Assembly: GCA_028534125.1 (NCBI GenBank)
Contig: CM052817.1
Coordinates: 3,102,001-3,166,000, forward strand
Direction of reading: 5' to 3'
DNA from: Lama glama
Lineage: Eukaryota
Length of the DNA stretch: 64,000 bases
Below the pieces are notes generated by a model. The model made no database searches. It had not been told where the DNA came from and saw only the letters and a list, made by a program, of their open reading frames with translations. The position numbers and the translations under genes were made by a program. This document shows positions 12,567 to 25,700 of the stretch, piece after piece; position 1 is the first letter of the stretch; each line of letters begins with the position of its first letter.

Positions 12567-15500
12567 GTGGGTCTACCTCTTGCCCCCGCAGCTTCGGCAC
12601 TGCAGACATGACTCCTGTGTCCCCTGCAGACACTGCTCAGCTGTGTCTCAGCGTCACTACGTCACACTCTCCCGTCTTTTCCACTGAACTTTTTTAAAGG
12701 TGGTGAGTCTGTTTTCCACCCCTTTGCAAAGTCTGATTGTAATAAGTATAGTTCTTTTTCTCTTCTGAACCGTGTCCTAATTTGCTGCCAGTTCGTTAGG
12801 TAGAAATCTTAATTAAAGGCAGCGAATTTTTATAAAATGTCGCACGTGTCTTGAGAATTACTCCAGGCACAGGGGAGACAGACGTGAGTGAAACGGTCTG
12901 TAAACTCGGGAGCTTATGGGGCAAGCAGAAGTCACTTTGCGGACACAAGTCAGCACCTGCAGTGACCTGCCGCTCGCTCCCGTTGGCGAACTTGCTGTTG
13001 TCTTTTCACAAGCTGTCCATCGAGTCCTTGCTACCTTGTGAGTCAGACGTGATGGCTTCTGGTTCCCAGATGAGGAGCTGGAGGCCCAGGGGACTTGCCT
13101 CAGAGCACAGCCCTGCTCCCGGCTGCTCCCCTCCCCGTGCCTGGCCAGCACCCGAGCAACCGCTTGGCAGGATGCCCAGCCCGGCTGAAGCCCCCGAGGC
13201 CCCTCCCACAGCATGGGGTGGACACCCAGGCAGAGGTTCCGTGTATAGGCATGTGGCACCACTGAGGTCCTGTCTCCCACCTCGCCGCCCCCAGCAGTGG
13301 TCCCCTCGTCCTCCCATTGCCCACAGAGACCATCTTACAACTTCTCCCTTCTCTGGTCACCCGTCCCTCTCCAGTGGCACTTTCAGGGGATGGCCTCCCC
13401 CCCAGCTTGACAGAGTGAATTCCAGCAGCACTGCGGGAGCTCCCACCACCAGCACCACACCACACCACCAACCATGCGGCCAGGTTCCCTCGTGCACAGC
13501 AGAGTGGGTGGCTAGGAAAGCAGGCCCTGGGAGTGAAGAGGTTACCTCCCTTCCCTAGGCCTCGGTGTTCCGCATGCGGACTAGGGGTGAGGGTACTGCC
13601 TACTGCGTGGGACCATGTGTGAGACAGCTCTGGGCACAGGGCCGAGCCCAAGCAGGTGTCGGTCCATTCATTTGTGTATTCATGAGCTCGTATATACATA
13701 TTCATTCGGTGAATTATGTGTGTGTGCTCTGTGCCCCTTCTGTGTCCTGGAAACGGTTCCAGGCACACAACAGTGAACGCCACAGATGCTTCATGTAACA
13801 CACTCGCGTCAGGTCCTGGTAAGTGCTGTGTGCGGTGGTACAGCAGGCAAGAGGGTGGAGGGAACCAGAGTCCTGGGGCCGATGGACGGCGCAGGCTTCT
13901 CAGCACCCAACAGAACAGGGGACCAAGGGCGTAAGGAGGCCGGTGCTACCCAGAGTGGTAGCAGGGCAGTGAGCGCTGGCCCATGCAGGGCAGGGATCTA
14001 TCCCAGGGGCACCTGGTGACCCTCGTCAGAGGTGGACAGGAGGCAGGAAAGCCTGTGGACCCGGTGGCCTCTTGACTTCCCAGGAGAGGGCTGAGGACCT
14101 GCGGGCATCACCGTCCTTGGATCCCCTCCAAGTGGAGGTTCTGGGCTCCGGATCTGACTCTCTCTTACCTTGCCTTCTCTCCCGTGTCTGCAACTCCCCT
14201 GCCTCCTCGAAGCATTGAAAGATGCTCCATCCTGAAAAGATTCTGCCTCAGCCCCACATCCCCTGCGGTCACTGTCCTGTGTGCCATGTGTCCAGTGTGC
14301 CCACTGTTCTCCCCCACTGTGGTCGGCCTGCTCCCTGAACTGCTTTCGTTCACATGACCTCAGCCCCCACCTCCCCGGGTCTGGGTGTCTCCGGGCACCG
14401 CTCGCTGCTTTCTGTGTCTGTGACCCCACATTCTCCAGGGCTTTCCCTACCTCTCTGGAGCCTCCCCACGGCCCCCCTCGTCAGCTCGTCTTCCCGTGGC
14501 CCCATCCTCCTGAGGGTGTAGGACCAGCTCGTCAGAGTTCCTGCTTTCCGACCAGGGGCCACTCCTGTGTCGAGGGCCTCTCCCGGGCCTTGGCTGCCCT
14601 TGTCCGCCCAGCGTGCAGCTCTCTGCTGTGTTCCGTGTCCTCCCCATCCTTGGATCCTTGGACCAGCAGCTCGTGAGACAGACAGGCCCGGAGGAGCCTC
14701 ATGCCGCCCTCCTGGAGCCCAGCTCAGCCCCTCCCGGAGGTGGATGGTCTCATTCTCTCCTTTTTACCAACCGTGCCACCCCCACTCCCTCCCTGCCAGC
14801 GCTGTCTTTTAAAAGCATTTCCCAGTAAAGGAGAAGATGGGAAAGCCAGCTGCTTGGGATCCGTGGTCTGTAGCCCCCAGGGTGGGTTTGAGTGGTAATT
14901 GAAATACTGTTCTCCTAAGACAACGCTGTGTGACCTAATGGGTATTTCTGAAGTTGCGTGTTACACAGGAAGAGGAGGGAGTGGTTTGTCCTCAGACACG
15001 TCACTCAGGAAAGTGCAGCAAATTCCCAGCTTTTTTCCCCAAAGAGCAACTCTTAATCTCCTGTGAAAGAAGCAAGGTTGGGGGGCTTCCACAGAAGATT
15101 CACTTTGCTCCATCTGAAGTCTTCCTTCCACCCGCGTGAACCGTACTGTAAACTGTCGGAAACCCTCTGACTGTGTGAATCCGCGTTGGGTGGCCCCGCT
15201 GAGCCCCGCCCGCGTCCTGGGTCCCGGAGCCCGCCTCGGGCACTGTGGTTTTGCTGCTGGGTCTGCAGGTGTTCGAGCTCTCTGAAGTCAGACAGCTTCG
15301 TGCAGGTGCTCACACTGGAGGCGGGGAGGCCCACGCTGGACACAGAAGGCTGGACTGGAGCCCCTCCTTCCCCTCCCTTCCCAGCCATGACCCCCTCCCA
15401 GCCTCAGTCTTTCCACCTGTAAGATGGAGGTTTTAACGCTGCTTTTAGAATTGACACTACAAGGTGTCCTTATTACTGCTGTTAGCATTTTTGCCTATTT

Positions 15501-15596
15501 CCAAACCCATTTTTTTTCTTTAAAATAAACCATTTTCCTAGTGGAAAATACTGATGGCCTGGAAACCATACCTTACTCAGTGTCTTTTCTTAACAG

Positions 15597-15761
15597 TCTC
15601 CAGTGTTCAGGCATCGGACTCTGGAGAACTCGCCCATGTCCAGCTGCGAAACCAGTGACGCTGAGGGCCCGGTGCCTGTGAACAGTGCAGCTGTCCTGAA
15701 GAAGAGCCAGCCGGCCGCCGGCAGCTCCCCCTGCCGGGGACACGTGCTTCGGAAGGCCAAG
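15597..15761 (+). CDS. AFAP1: AFAP1 penultimate exon [55 protein letters not shown]
   Basis: taacag acceptor, gtgagc donor, 165 bp, phase 0-0. Confidence 0.96.
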
Positions 15762-15809
15762 GTGAGCTCTCTCACCCCCTGCCTGGGGGGAGCGTGGGCA
15801 CTAATGGGG

Positions 15810-15947
15810 GACCAGGCATCCCGGGGGGTGTGTGTGGGGGGACATTAGCTCTGATGAGGGAGCAGGCACCCCGGGGGTGTGGGGGGGACATTAGCTCTGA
15901 TGGGGGAGCAGGCACTCTGGGGGTGTCGGGGGAGCACCAGCTCTGAC
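15810..15947. repeat. G-rich minisatellite, ~45-47 bp unit, ~3 copies
   Basis: caggca..c.gggggtgt..gggggacattagctctgatg.gggag repeated. Confidence 0.8.
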
Positions 15948-18623
15948 ACAGGCTCACGGGGTGGGGGCACTTCAGCTCCAGACTTTTGTAGGGGGTGAAG
16001 CAGCTACGTCAGGCCTCCTGTTTCAGTTCTGTAGCTTCTGTATTAGATGTCGTCCCTTCCTAAATCAGACCCCTCATCAGGAATCCTCCTTCTCAAAGGC
16101 AGAAAAGTCCAGAACCTTGCCTCAAGGCCTTTACCACCTGCTGCCAGGAAACCCAGCCGCTCTGGTTCTCTCTCTGGTCCCGCAGGCCTCCTGGCTTCTC
16201 CTGACCTGTTTTCTCATTGGTGGAGGAGAGACTGGACCCAGTGGCTGCTGGGGTCTTTCAAAGAATGGAAAGTCCAGGCATAAACTCTCTCCAACTCCTC
16301 TTCTCCCTCCCCACCCTCGGCCTTGTAAACTGGGGCCTGAGGAGGCCCCCCCGGCAGTATCTTCCAGTCTTCTGATGGGAGTAGCCACTAATGCTTTGAT
16401 ACTAAACTTAAAAATCTCAGAAAATTTGAAAAGCTGTCATTTATCAAAGGAAACAGTTCTTGATGGCATAACTGAAAGTGTATCGTATGAAAAGTCATAC
16501 TTGGTACAATTACACTAAATCATCCAAAGGAATTTAATTTGTTCTGATGAACGAGGCCGGACGCCCTCCCTTCCCTGTCTCCAGTGGCCTCTAGTTGCTG
16601 TCATTACCTTTGTTCTTCAGCAGCTTTGGAACCCATTCTAAATTGGCTAGAAATATATTATTTTCTGAAAGGTAGATCTGGTGTTAAACAAGAAAGTGTG
16701 TGTTGACCACTGGCTACACCCTGGTGTGTTCAGGGGCGGGTCCCTGACGCTGGTCCCTAGCGCATCTGTCCTTCTCAGTAGATACGCTTGGCTGAGCCTG
16801 TGTGTGCCGGCAGATGTGGGCCAAAGAAGAATCCTGTGCATCATTTGTTACTTTCCTCAGCATCCATCAAGGGTTCTCAGTTTGTAACTGTTATGTTCAT
16901 TTGCAAAGGAATATGTTTAGCCTGAGAGTTATTTAGAATTGAGCTGTCCAATAAATTCCCCCTAATTATTTGAAAAAGGGAAATACAGTAAAAAGTATTT
17001 CATTTAATTGGTTTCCTTACAGACAAAGAAATCGGTTTACAGTTCTGTAACTCCAGCCTCTGAATGGCCCCATTTCCTGGGGGGGCTGCCCTCACCTTCG
17101 GAGGCTCAGTTCTCTGCAGTTTCAGCCCCGTTTGTGTGATGAATGTCAGATGTATGGTTATGGCTGATTCAGATGCACAGCTGGCCGCTCAGACTGGCCC
17201 ACACTCACGGAGGGAAATAGCCAGCCCTGCTCGCTGGTCCAGAAAGCACCGCGGAAGTAGCCAGGAGCCTTGCCCTCAGCCTCACTGAAGGAGTGGGATT
17301 GGGCGCGGCTGGCCCGGGACGCCTGAGAGTAGTGCCAGGGCCCCGCAGCTGGAGGAGGGGCGGGGGCGTGGCCTTCTGGCTCTGGGAGCATCAGTACACT
17401 TGGAGGCGCGGGGTACACGTGGTCTCCTCTCCCACCCTGGCCTTTTCCTAAGGGCCGAAGAGTCTGACTCATTCTGGGCTCGGGAAGTGTTATCCCAGGC
17501 AGTATTCCTAAAACAACTTCCAGTTCCTGGCAGGGAGTGCTCTGAGTATGGGAGAGCGCGCTCTTGAAAGTCAAGTTGGCTGTCCCCGCGGGAAGGGGGC
17601 TGGAAGAGACCAGGATGTCGGGCTCCAGGCCCAGCGTTCTCCCTCAGCCTGGGAAATTCTGGTGCCAAGCGAGGAGTGTTCTGGAGGCCCGAGTGGGGTG
17701 GCTGCGGTGCTTTCAGAACCACCCCACGTGCCCCGTGTCCAGGGCCCCAGGGCTGCGCTGCCCCAGGCACAAACACCCACCTTGTCCTCCCACTTGGGCG
17801 GGTCCTCGGAGCTCTCTGCTTCATGGCCAGGGCGACCCGTGCTTGGTCCTGCGATTGCACACATCAGTGGGTGTGGGTGACATTGTCAGTGTCTGTAGGT
17901 GACACACACTCACATACACACCATCTGTCTGAGTCTGCACCACCCTGTCGGGGGCTGGCAAGCTGTGCAGAGAGCTGCCCTGGAGTGCTGGGCCCGGCGT
18001 CCCTGAGCGCCTCCTCTGTGTGCGGCGCCCAGCGTCCTCTCTGGGAGCCAGGAGGGGAGGGCAGGAGGAAGGCGGGACCCCAGGTCATCCTCGCCCTCAC
18101 AGAATCTGCGGGTGCTCATGCCTGGTTTTCCCGAGGTGGAGGGCGGCTCAGTTTGTGTTCTGTTTCTGCCACGTTTGCTAATGCCAGGCTTTGAATCCTT
18201 AATTAAGCTTGAACTTTAATTCTATAAAAGGTGAGAAATTCCTAAATTTATACGATACACGAAAATGAGAAGGTGCGCAGTGTACTCTCGGCCCAGTTAA
18301 TGACCCCTCAACACAGCAGGAGTTGGGCAGGTGTCTCAGACCAGCATCGCCAGGCGCGCTGCCCCCAGGGCAGCGGAGGAAAGGCCCTGCCTGGTGCCAG
18401 GCCCCCGTGGGGACCACCATGCCACGCACATGTCCCTGTGGATCTGCCCAGAGCCCTTGGTGGGCCTCGGGCTGGTCTCATTTATGGGCCGTATGGTGAT
18501 TCTCCGTCTGTGATTTGGGTTCAGGAACCTCGGTGCCACCCAGCCTCACTTTCCAGGGCGCGGGCGCTGGAGGGGTGTCTGCACTGTCTTGATCTTGACC
18601 CTTCCTCTCGCCCCGCCTGGCAG

Positions 18624-18650
18624 GAGTGGGAGCTGAAGAACGGCACGTAA
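18624..18650 (+). CDS. AFAP1: AFAP1 terminal coding segment EWELKNGT-stop
   Basis: pyrimidine tract plus ggcag acceptor; GAGTGGGAGCTGAAGAACGGCACGTAA matches the AFAP1 C-terminus. Confidence 0.95.
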   Translation, partial: EWELKNGT

Positions 18651-21600
18651 AGACGCGGACGCTCCGGCTCCCGCGGCGTCGCCCCTCCAGTGACCCGGGG
18701 AGCGCTGGAGGCTCCAGCAGCGGCAGGACGCCCGGGGCTGGGACCCAGACCCGCTCACGTGTCTCCTCTCTACTGTCCAATGGTTCCCCTTAAAGAGATT
18801 CACTTGTAACGCTTTGGCTTCCAACTTCATTTGTTAAAAGACAAAGAGGGACGGATGGAGAAGCCGTCCGTGGCCGGTGGAGACGCCGCATCGCTCTCCC
18901 CAGCCAGGTGGGCGCTTGGACCAGCTTCAGCCCAGCCGGGCCGACAGCGAGCGGCGGCCGGTGGATGGCCCCGGACGGGCGCGGACGACCTGGCCTGCGC
19001 GCCCCGCGCTGCCCGGCCTGGGTGTGGTGCGCCCGGCGGCCCGCGCGCCCGCAGGAGGACCCTGGCTTGCAGCCGCGGCGCCAGCACGCGTTCCCCGAGG
19101 CGCGGCATCCCCGCCCCGCACGCCGGGCCCTGTCACTGTCACTGGGGTAAAGGCGTGACACAATTGTTCTGTGAAGCGTTTTTTACCTTTTTTTTCAACT
19201 TTCTGGACAGACGCTTTTGTCACCAGGACATGAAAAGCTGCCACTGGTTTGAAACTTTGAAACTCTCTCTTCGCTGCGTGTCGCACTCAGCTCCAAGGGC
19301 TTTGCCGAGATTCTCTGTCCTGTTCTGTTAATTATTTGTCCTGCTTTTGAGAGGCAGCAGAGTGTTCTGACACTGCATGAATGTGTGTCCTTTCCCACTT
19401 TTCGCAACACCCGAGCCCTTTCTACCCGCCCTGAGTCAGCAGGCGACCCTCAGAGAGCTGGGCGACCTCGGGCAACGCTCACACTTGTTCCTGGTGGGCG
19501 CGTCAGTGCTTTGAAAGGCGGCGGGTTCTGGAAACTGTACAACTTAGGGCAGAAGAGGGCCCTTGAGAGAAGTAAATACTCAGTTTAGGTCCTGCCTTGG
19601 GGTGTGGCCATCCAGGTGGGGCCCCATGGTTTCCATGTTTGCCCCCAGTGGGGTGTTTCTGGGAGCGGTCAGTCAGGAAGGTGTGGAGGGCGGCCGGGCC
19701 CATAGGTAGAGCTAGTTTGCGTCTGAGAACCAGGCCAGCTCCCCTTGGTAAGAGGGGGACCTCTCAGGAGTCCTCCTTGTGGGAGGGGGACCCACTGCTG
19801 CAGAAACCTGAGTTCCCCTGAGCCCTCCGCACCCCAAGTCACACACGGGGACAGGCCGGCTCTCCCCGCAGTGGCTGCAGGCCTGCCGCTCACCGCTTGG
19901 GATGTGTCTCACCCGATAAGGTAACAGGAGGCCAGAAAGCCGCCTGCCTGCGTTTCCCCCAGACGTGCCCACGAGCGCATCCCGGGGTGGCCACGTCTCC
20001 CGCCGGCCTTGCTGGTCTGGGCTGGGGTTGGCACAGCCCTGGGGTCCTGCTCAGGCTGTTTGGTTTCACTGAGCAGAGCAGGGGAGCAGGCTCACTGCCG
20101 AGGGAGGCCCTCCAGCAGGGCGCGCGCGTCCGCCGAGTCCACCGGACGCTTGGATGGGTCTCAAAGCCATCTGCCTGGCGCATCTCCAGCTTGTAGGCCG
20201 TCAGCTGGTGCCCTCACCCTTCCCGGCCCTCCGCAGTTTGTGTGGCAGGTGGAGGGCACCTCACCAGCACGAACACAGTTGCCCCTCCCCCGCCGTCCCC
20301 AGTTAATCCAGGTAGGAAGTGGGGAGGGAGGGGCCTCCCCAAGCCCAGGGCCATCTTGCCGGCACTCCTGTTCGTCCATCAGCGCAGGAAGCTGGACCAT
20401 TTGGCATCATATGAAGCTAATTTTCCGTAAAGGGAAAATGTTTGACCTACCATAGCTTCTTGCTGCCTTCCGGTCAAATTAACAGTCTCCAGTTAAACCT
20501 CTGCGGCCGTCCTGATTGGCAGCCAGCTCTGCCCCAGATGAGGGCCAGATTTCGACGGTTATTAAGGGAAGACGTGAGCGTTGTGTGCTCACGAGCTGAG
20601 CCCAGCCCAGGTGGGCAGTCACTGGCAGGGGGACCGTTAGCGGAGGTCACCTCCACCATCTCCATGGGTCACACCATTTGTGCCAGAGCCAAGGTTTGGA
20701 CCCTGCTCTTCAGACACCTGGCATACATAGTTTGTGTTTTTAAAAAACAGCTTTTTAAATTGACTTTTATAACTATAAGCCTTTTGAAGAGGATGGTGCA
20801 CTCAACCCCGCTGCGTTCCGCGGAGCCACTTACAACAGGCCCCGTGGAAGGCGAGGCCGCCGACGTCCGGCTCCTTTGATACCGTGTTTCCTCTTGATGT
20901 TTTTACATTTGATAAGAAAGTTAGTTTAAAGCATTTGCTTCAAAATAAGTTATTTATTTGTATATGTTCAATAAGTATAGTTTTTAATTTATGTCTGTAC
21001 ATACTAGACACACCGTGGACACCTTGTCAGAACTCTGACAGAGATCTCATTACCCTCTCAAAATACGCCCCAGGGACATGGAGGCCATGAGACAGCTGTG
21101 ACAGCCAGGCTCAGGGCAGGGTCGGGGGGCAGCCTGACCTCGGCCCTTGCTCCTGGGGTGCAGGTCCCATTCCGCTGGGAGAAGTCAGATTCCTCAAGAG
21201 CTGTCACCCGCTCCTGACAGCTGTCATGGTCACAGAGTGCTGGCGGGACTAGCAGGATCCTGACTGGAGGCAGGAGGCACGCGGTGGCCAGACGGGGGCA
21301 GGCGTGAGGCCGCCACCCGCTGTGGGTCACCCGGCCCTTCTCTTAGAACCGGAGCCACCGTCAGCCTCAGGGTTCTGCTTCCGGCTCGGTTTCGGTGAGG
21401 TGGTATCAACCTTCAAAATCCCCTCTGTTTTTATATTTTTACGATATTTTTCTTCCATGAACCAACCTCTTGCACAGAAATAGTGATGGTCTGAGGGCGG
21501 CCTGTCACCCCTGATGTGGGCCAGGTGGAGTCCGCCCAAGGAGGGTCAGGCGGGCCCGACTGTGGGTGTCCAGGGAGCCAGCAGCACCCTGCCCGCTCCC

Positions 21601-23270
21601 CCAGCCTCAGGATGGCCCTCGGGGCGGGGGGCACAGGGAGGGTCTGCGGTGGCCCCAGATGCTTTCCCGAGCGCTTCGGGGACCACACGTGCAAAAGCAG
21701 TCTTGTCCCCTCGGTTCAGACACCTTGGTGCGGTCCAGCCTGACATCCACCCCCTCCTCCCGCGCATCTGTGAGTAGCTTTGAGCTGTTTCTAGGCACCC
21801 AGGATCACTCTGACAGGCTGCAGGTGTGCTGCCTTTTGGACAGTCTGTCTCAAAAAGTGTGTGTCCTGGGCCCTGGAGGCCCCCCACTCCCCAAGGAAGG
21901 AGTTTTAGATTCTTGTTAATCGTGGCAACAATTTGCAGTTTAGGTACAGGTGTCCAGGGGGCAGCTTGGGCGCTGGGGTGGGCGTAGGGTTTTGGGGAAG
22001 CTCATTTGCTGTGGTCCCATCTTTCCAGAACACCTGCCAGCACGCTGTTGGGAAGGACACGTGAATTTTGCCCACGGACCTAGTTCACCAGGCGCTGTTC
22101 TGTTTATTCGCCTCGTCCCGTCTGTCAGGAACCTTCCCAGGCTGGGCACAGGGGTGGCGCTCGGGCGGGGCCTCTCCCGCCAGGGAGGTGGTGTGGACAC
22201 GGCGTCTGCACCCCTGCCCGTCCCTGCACCGCCGGCGGCGGGGGCTGCCCTGCGGGTGCAGCAGGCAGCGCCCTCCTCGGCTCATAAAACGGTCACGGCA
22301 ACACTTGCATGTTAAACTTTTGCCTTCCTCTTTTAGTTCCCTAAAATAATTGTTTAATGAGAACAATAATCTCCGCTCCTGGCCTGGTTTTAAAGAGGGG
22401 ATTTTGTTGTCGCCAGTACTGTCTTCTCCCCACGCCGGGCCGCGTTGATACTGTGAAATAAACTCCAGCTGGTGAAGTAACACTCTCATGCCTCGCACGC
22501 GGCGCAGCACCGCCCGCCTCCGCCCCGGCCGCAGCGGGCAGCCTGTCATTTCTCAAGGTGGGAAAGCGCCCCGCCCAGAGAACTGTCGGCTTCACGCGCG
22601 TCCTTTTTGCCATCTTTCGTGAAATATTTCCAGTTGCGTTCTTCCAGGAAAGCTTAACTTCACGGTGTTGTTACAAGTGTCACCAGGCGTTTCCAGTTGT
22701 TGCCATGGAAGCAGTTTTCCAGGTGGGATCATCAGACCCTCATTCTTAGGGACCAAAGGTGTTTTTAATAAGATACTCTTTGATTTTCTAACGAGAAAGG
22801 GAACATTACCTTTAAATTTCAACATCAGCTTTTAAATTACAGGTACTCAGCACCAATTGACCATGGCTCTAAGTTGTAAAATGTTTTCATATTAAGAATG
22901 TAATTATTTCCTTATTGTATTTTTTAAAAACAAAAGTCGTATTTAAAAATTCTCTTTGAAAGAAACAAGCAAGAAACAGGAAAGATTTTTTAATTAAATA
23001 TGTTGGCAGTGCCCATTTTAAATAACTGTAAATATATTTTTCACTGTGTTTCTCAATGTATTTAATTCATAAAGTAAAAAAATTTATCAGAAGAAACTTG
23101 CATTGGAAATACTCGTTTTCAGCCCATTTGCCCGATCTGTAGTAGCCTCACCTGAACTTTCTGCTTTACGGCAGGATTTTTCTACAGTTTCACACGGTGT
23201 AGCCCGACCGGCGCCCCGCGGCGTGCCTTGATGTGTGTAACTAATAAACTCCGCTCTTCCCACCCGGCCT
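18651..23270 (+). other. AFAP1: AFAP1 long 3' UTR (~4.6 kb; 3' end approximate)
   Basis: follows the stop codon; AU-rich blocks at ~20900-21010 and ~22770-23100; ends at AATAAA 23243. Confidence 0.7.
23243..23248 (+). terminator. probable AFAP1 polyadenylation signal AATAAA
   Basis: canonical hexamer with upstream TGTA and a downstream GT-containing stretch (cgtgtctt), after the AU-rich UTR tail. Confidence 0.65.
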
Positions 23271-24959
23271 CCGTGTCTTGACCGACTTGGCTCCTGGGCG
23301 GACAGGGAGGGCCTTCCCCCTAAATGGAGGGGGTGTTAGGCTCGGGGTGGGGCCCGCGCTTTGTGTCTTGGGTGAGAATCCTCTTTCCCAAAAGAAGCAG
23401 TGTTTTTAAAAAACGGCTTTTAGTCCCCAGGCCTGACCAGTCACGTCCAGGAACGCCAGCCCCTGCGGAGTGCCAGCTCTGCGCCTGGGGCCTGGGGCCC
23501 GATCGGGTGTGACTGCCCTCAGGGTGCTCACTCCAGCCAAGGAGTAAACAGGTCACGTGTAAACAGGTCACTCCCAGTGCAGGGCTCATGGAGAGTTACC
23601 GAACCACTGGAGACAGCTGCCTTCGGGGCAGTTGGCAGGGTTTGCGGGATGGGCATTTGAGCTAGGTCGTGGCGCTTAAATAGGAGTTCAGCAGGAAGAG
23701 AGGCGAGGGAGGCCCGGCAGGAGCAGAGGATGAGAGCCCAGCCCCCGAGCAGAGGGGCAGCTGAGCAGCTGGTACCTGGGCCAGGGGCTGGGGCTGGGGC
23801 TGGGGGTAAGGTGGAAGGCGAGTCCGGAGGAGCAGGCTGGAGTCAGACCGAGGCCTCCGGTCGGGCGGAGGGGAGACTGTGGCGTGCGCCCAGGGCTCCC
23901 TGTGTTGGGGGGATGGCAGATTTCTGGTTTTAGAAAGACCACTGCCAGTGGGACAAGAGGGGTCAGAGTGGAGGCCCAGGCAGGCCTGTGCAGCTGCGCT
24001 CGGCTGGTGCCAGGGGCAGAAATGTCCCTGGGGGTGTGCACGCCCACCCAAGGGCCAGTGCAGACACAGGTCGGACAGAGGAGCCCAGGGGCCATCCCCA
24101 CTGTCACCTGATGTAACACACGGGGTGGCCACTGCTTGGTCAGAGCGGCGAGGGTGAGGTTGTGAGCTCGGGCCTGGCTGGAGCACAGCCTGCAAAGCAC
24201 CTGGGTCCACAGGCAGGAGAGGCATGTATGATGGTGGGAGGCGTGGCCTGTGTGTGTGACCCGGGGGTGCCCAGGTGACAAACGACCCAGCTAGACCCAC
24301 CTTTCAGAGCTGGAGAACCAGGTGACCCTGCCGTGCCTCCGTGCCCCTCATCGTCCTCTGCCTGGGGCACGGGGTGGGCGTTGGCTGGTCCGTCCGAGGT
24401 AACTAGGAACACTTCCCTTGTCAGAATGAGGCCCCAGTCCTGGAGGGGGGAGGCGAGGTTCGTTCTGCAGGCCGCCTTTGGTGACAGGATAATCATCCAT
24501 GTGCTCTCGGCACCCTCCGGGAAACCACGAGGCAGCCCTCCTGCCTGCCACTCTGTCCGGTGAGGGGTCACTCGTCTCCCCGAGGGGCCCGGTTAGGCTT
24601 TATTAAACCTGCTTTCAACTGACGCTCCTCCAGCCCTAAACGCGAGTCACGTCCTGGGGGGCGTTGGATGGAAAGGTAGGGCCTCGTTAATTTCTTATAG
24701 AACTTAGCAAAACGACACCGGGGCTCTTGGCTTTGCTTCTTAAAACCATGGGGACGACTCGGGTCTCCATCACGTGAGCTGTAATTCTGCCAGCAGGCAA
24801 CACAAACCTTCCCCAGCATAAATCAGGAGCCAGCTCGTCAATGGGAGGCAGGGAAAACGTGAGCCGATGTCTGCGGCCCAGAAATTTTATGATGGAAACT
24901 TCATCAATTTTATGATGCTGTTAAAAATGGCCATCTTTTCATGTGACAGGACCAATTAG

Positions 24960-25700
24960 TCAAGAAACGGTGTAGGAAACGTAGCAGGAACAAGGGCCCG
25001 GTGAAGTGGGTCCAGTGTACTGGTCTCCTGAACTGAGGGGCTGATCCCAGCTGGTCCTGGACGCCGAGCGGGCTGGTGTCTCCTGGAACCCACCCCCACC
25101 CCGGGCCAGTGCAGAGCTGAGAGCTGACCACTTCCGTCCTCGGGGAGGCTGGCCTCCGACCGAGAGGGCTGTCCGTGTACTAAGCACGTCTTCTTATTCT
25201 GATGCTTTGACACCTGGGACCTCACTGACTCCGGAGGGACAGCCAGTTCCTAGAGACGGTCAAGGACTCACCTGCAAACACACAAGTTCATGTGTGAACC
25301 AACCAATCCAGAATCCACACCCCAACCACCTCCTTTATGAGGCTCACAAGTCTGGACCACCATCCCCCACCCTCATCACCGCAGGGCCAGGTACCCCACA
25401 GCTGGGGCCAGCCCTGCGTCCCAGAGCAAACTGAGATTCCCAGATCGGACCCGCAGGGCTGGTTGCCCTGCTTCGCTTGTTCCTTCCTGTAAAACCACTG
25501 AAGGTTCTTCCCACCCTTAGCCCCACCCCCACCCCTGGACGCCTCGGTGCTTCCTCACCTGGCCCTGCGTGGCCTGGCTGGGTGCGGCCCCTCCTCTTGG
25601 GAATGGGGAGTACAAAGAACTGATCTTTTCAGTGGCAGCCTCTCCTGACCTGCTGGCCTCCCCACGCTGCGTAATAATAAAGCCTGTGGTTTAAAACACC
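24960..25700. mobile_element. degenerate LTR remnant (MER21/ERV-like; family uncertain)
   Basis: LTR-like composition with CCAAT (aaccaatccag), ttccttcctgtaaaacca, and aataataaa...aaaaca end; recognised from memory only. Confidence 0.4.

Noticed and set aside
10545..15775. Minus-strand ORFs antisense to AFAP1 exons as possible AFAP1-AS1 micropeptides
   Set aside because: Antisense frames of GC-rich coding exons are often open; no recognisable homology or independent support
15810..15947. Spaced repeats superficially like a CRISPR array
   Set aside because: Eukaryotic G-rich minisatellite with no unique spacers and no cas genes
18621..18626. NAGNAG (CAG GAG) tandem acceptor at the last AFAP1 exon
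   Set aside because: GAG is a very poor acceptor; at most a one-residue variant, with no evidence of use
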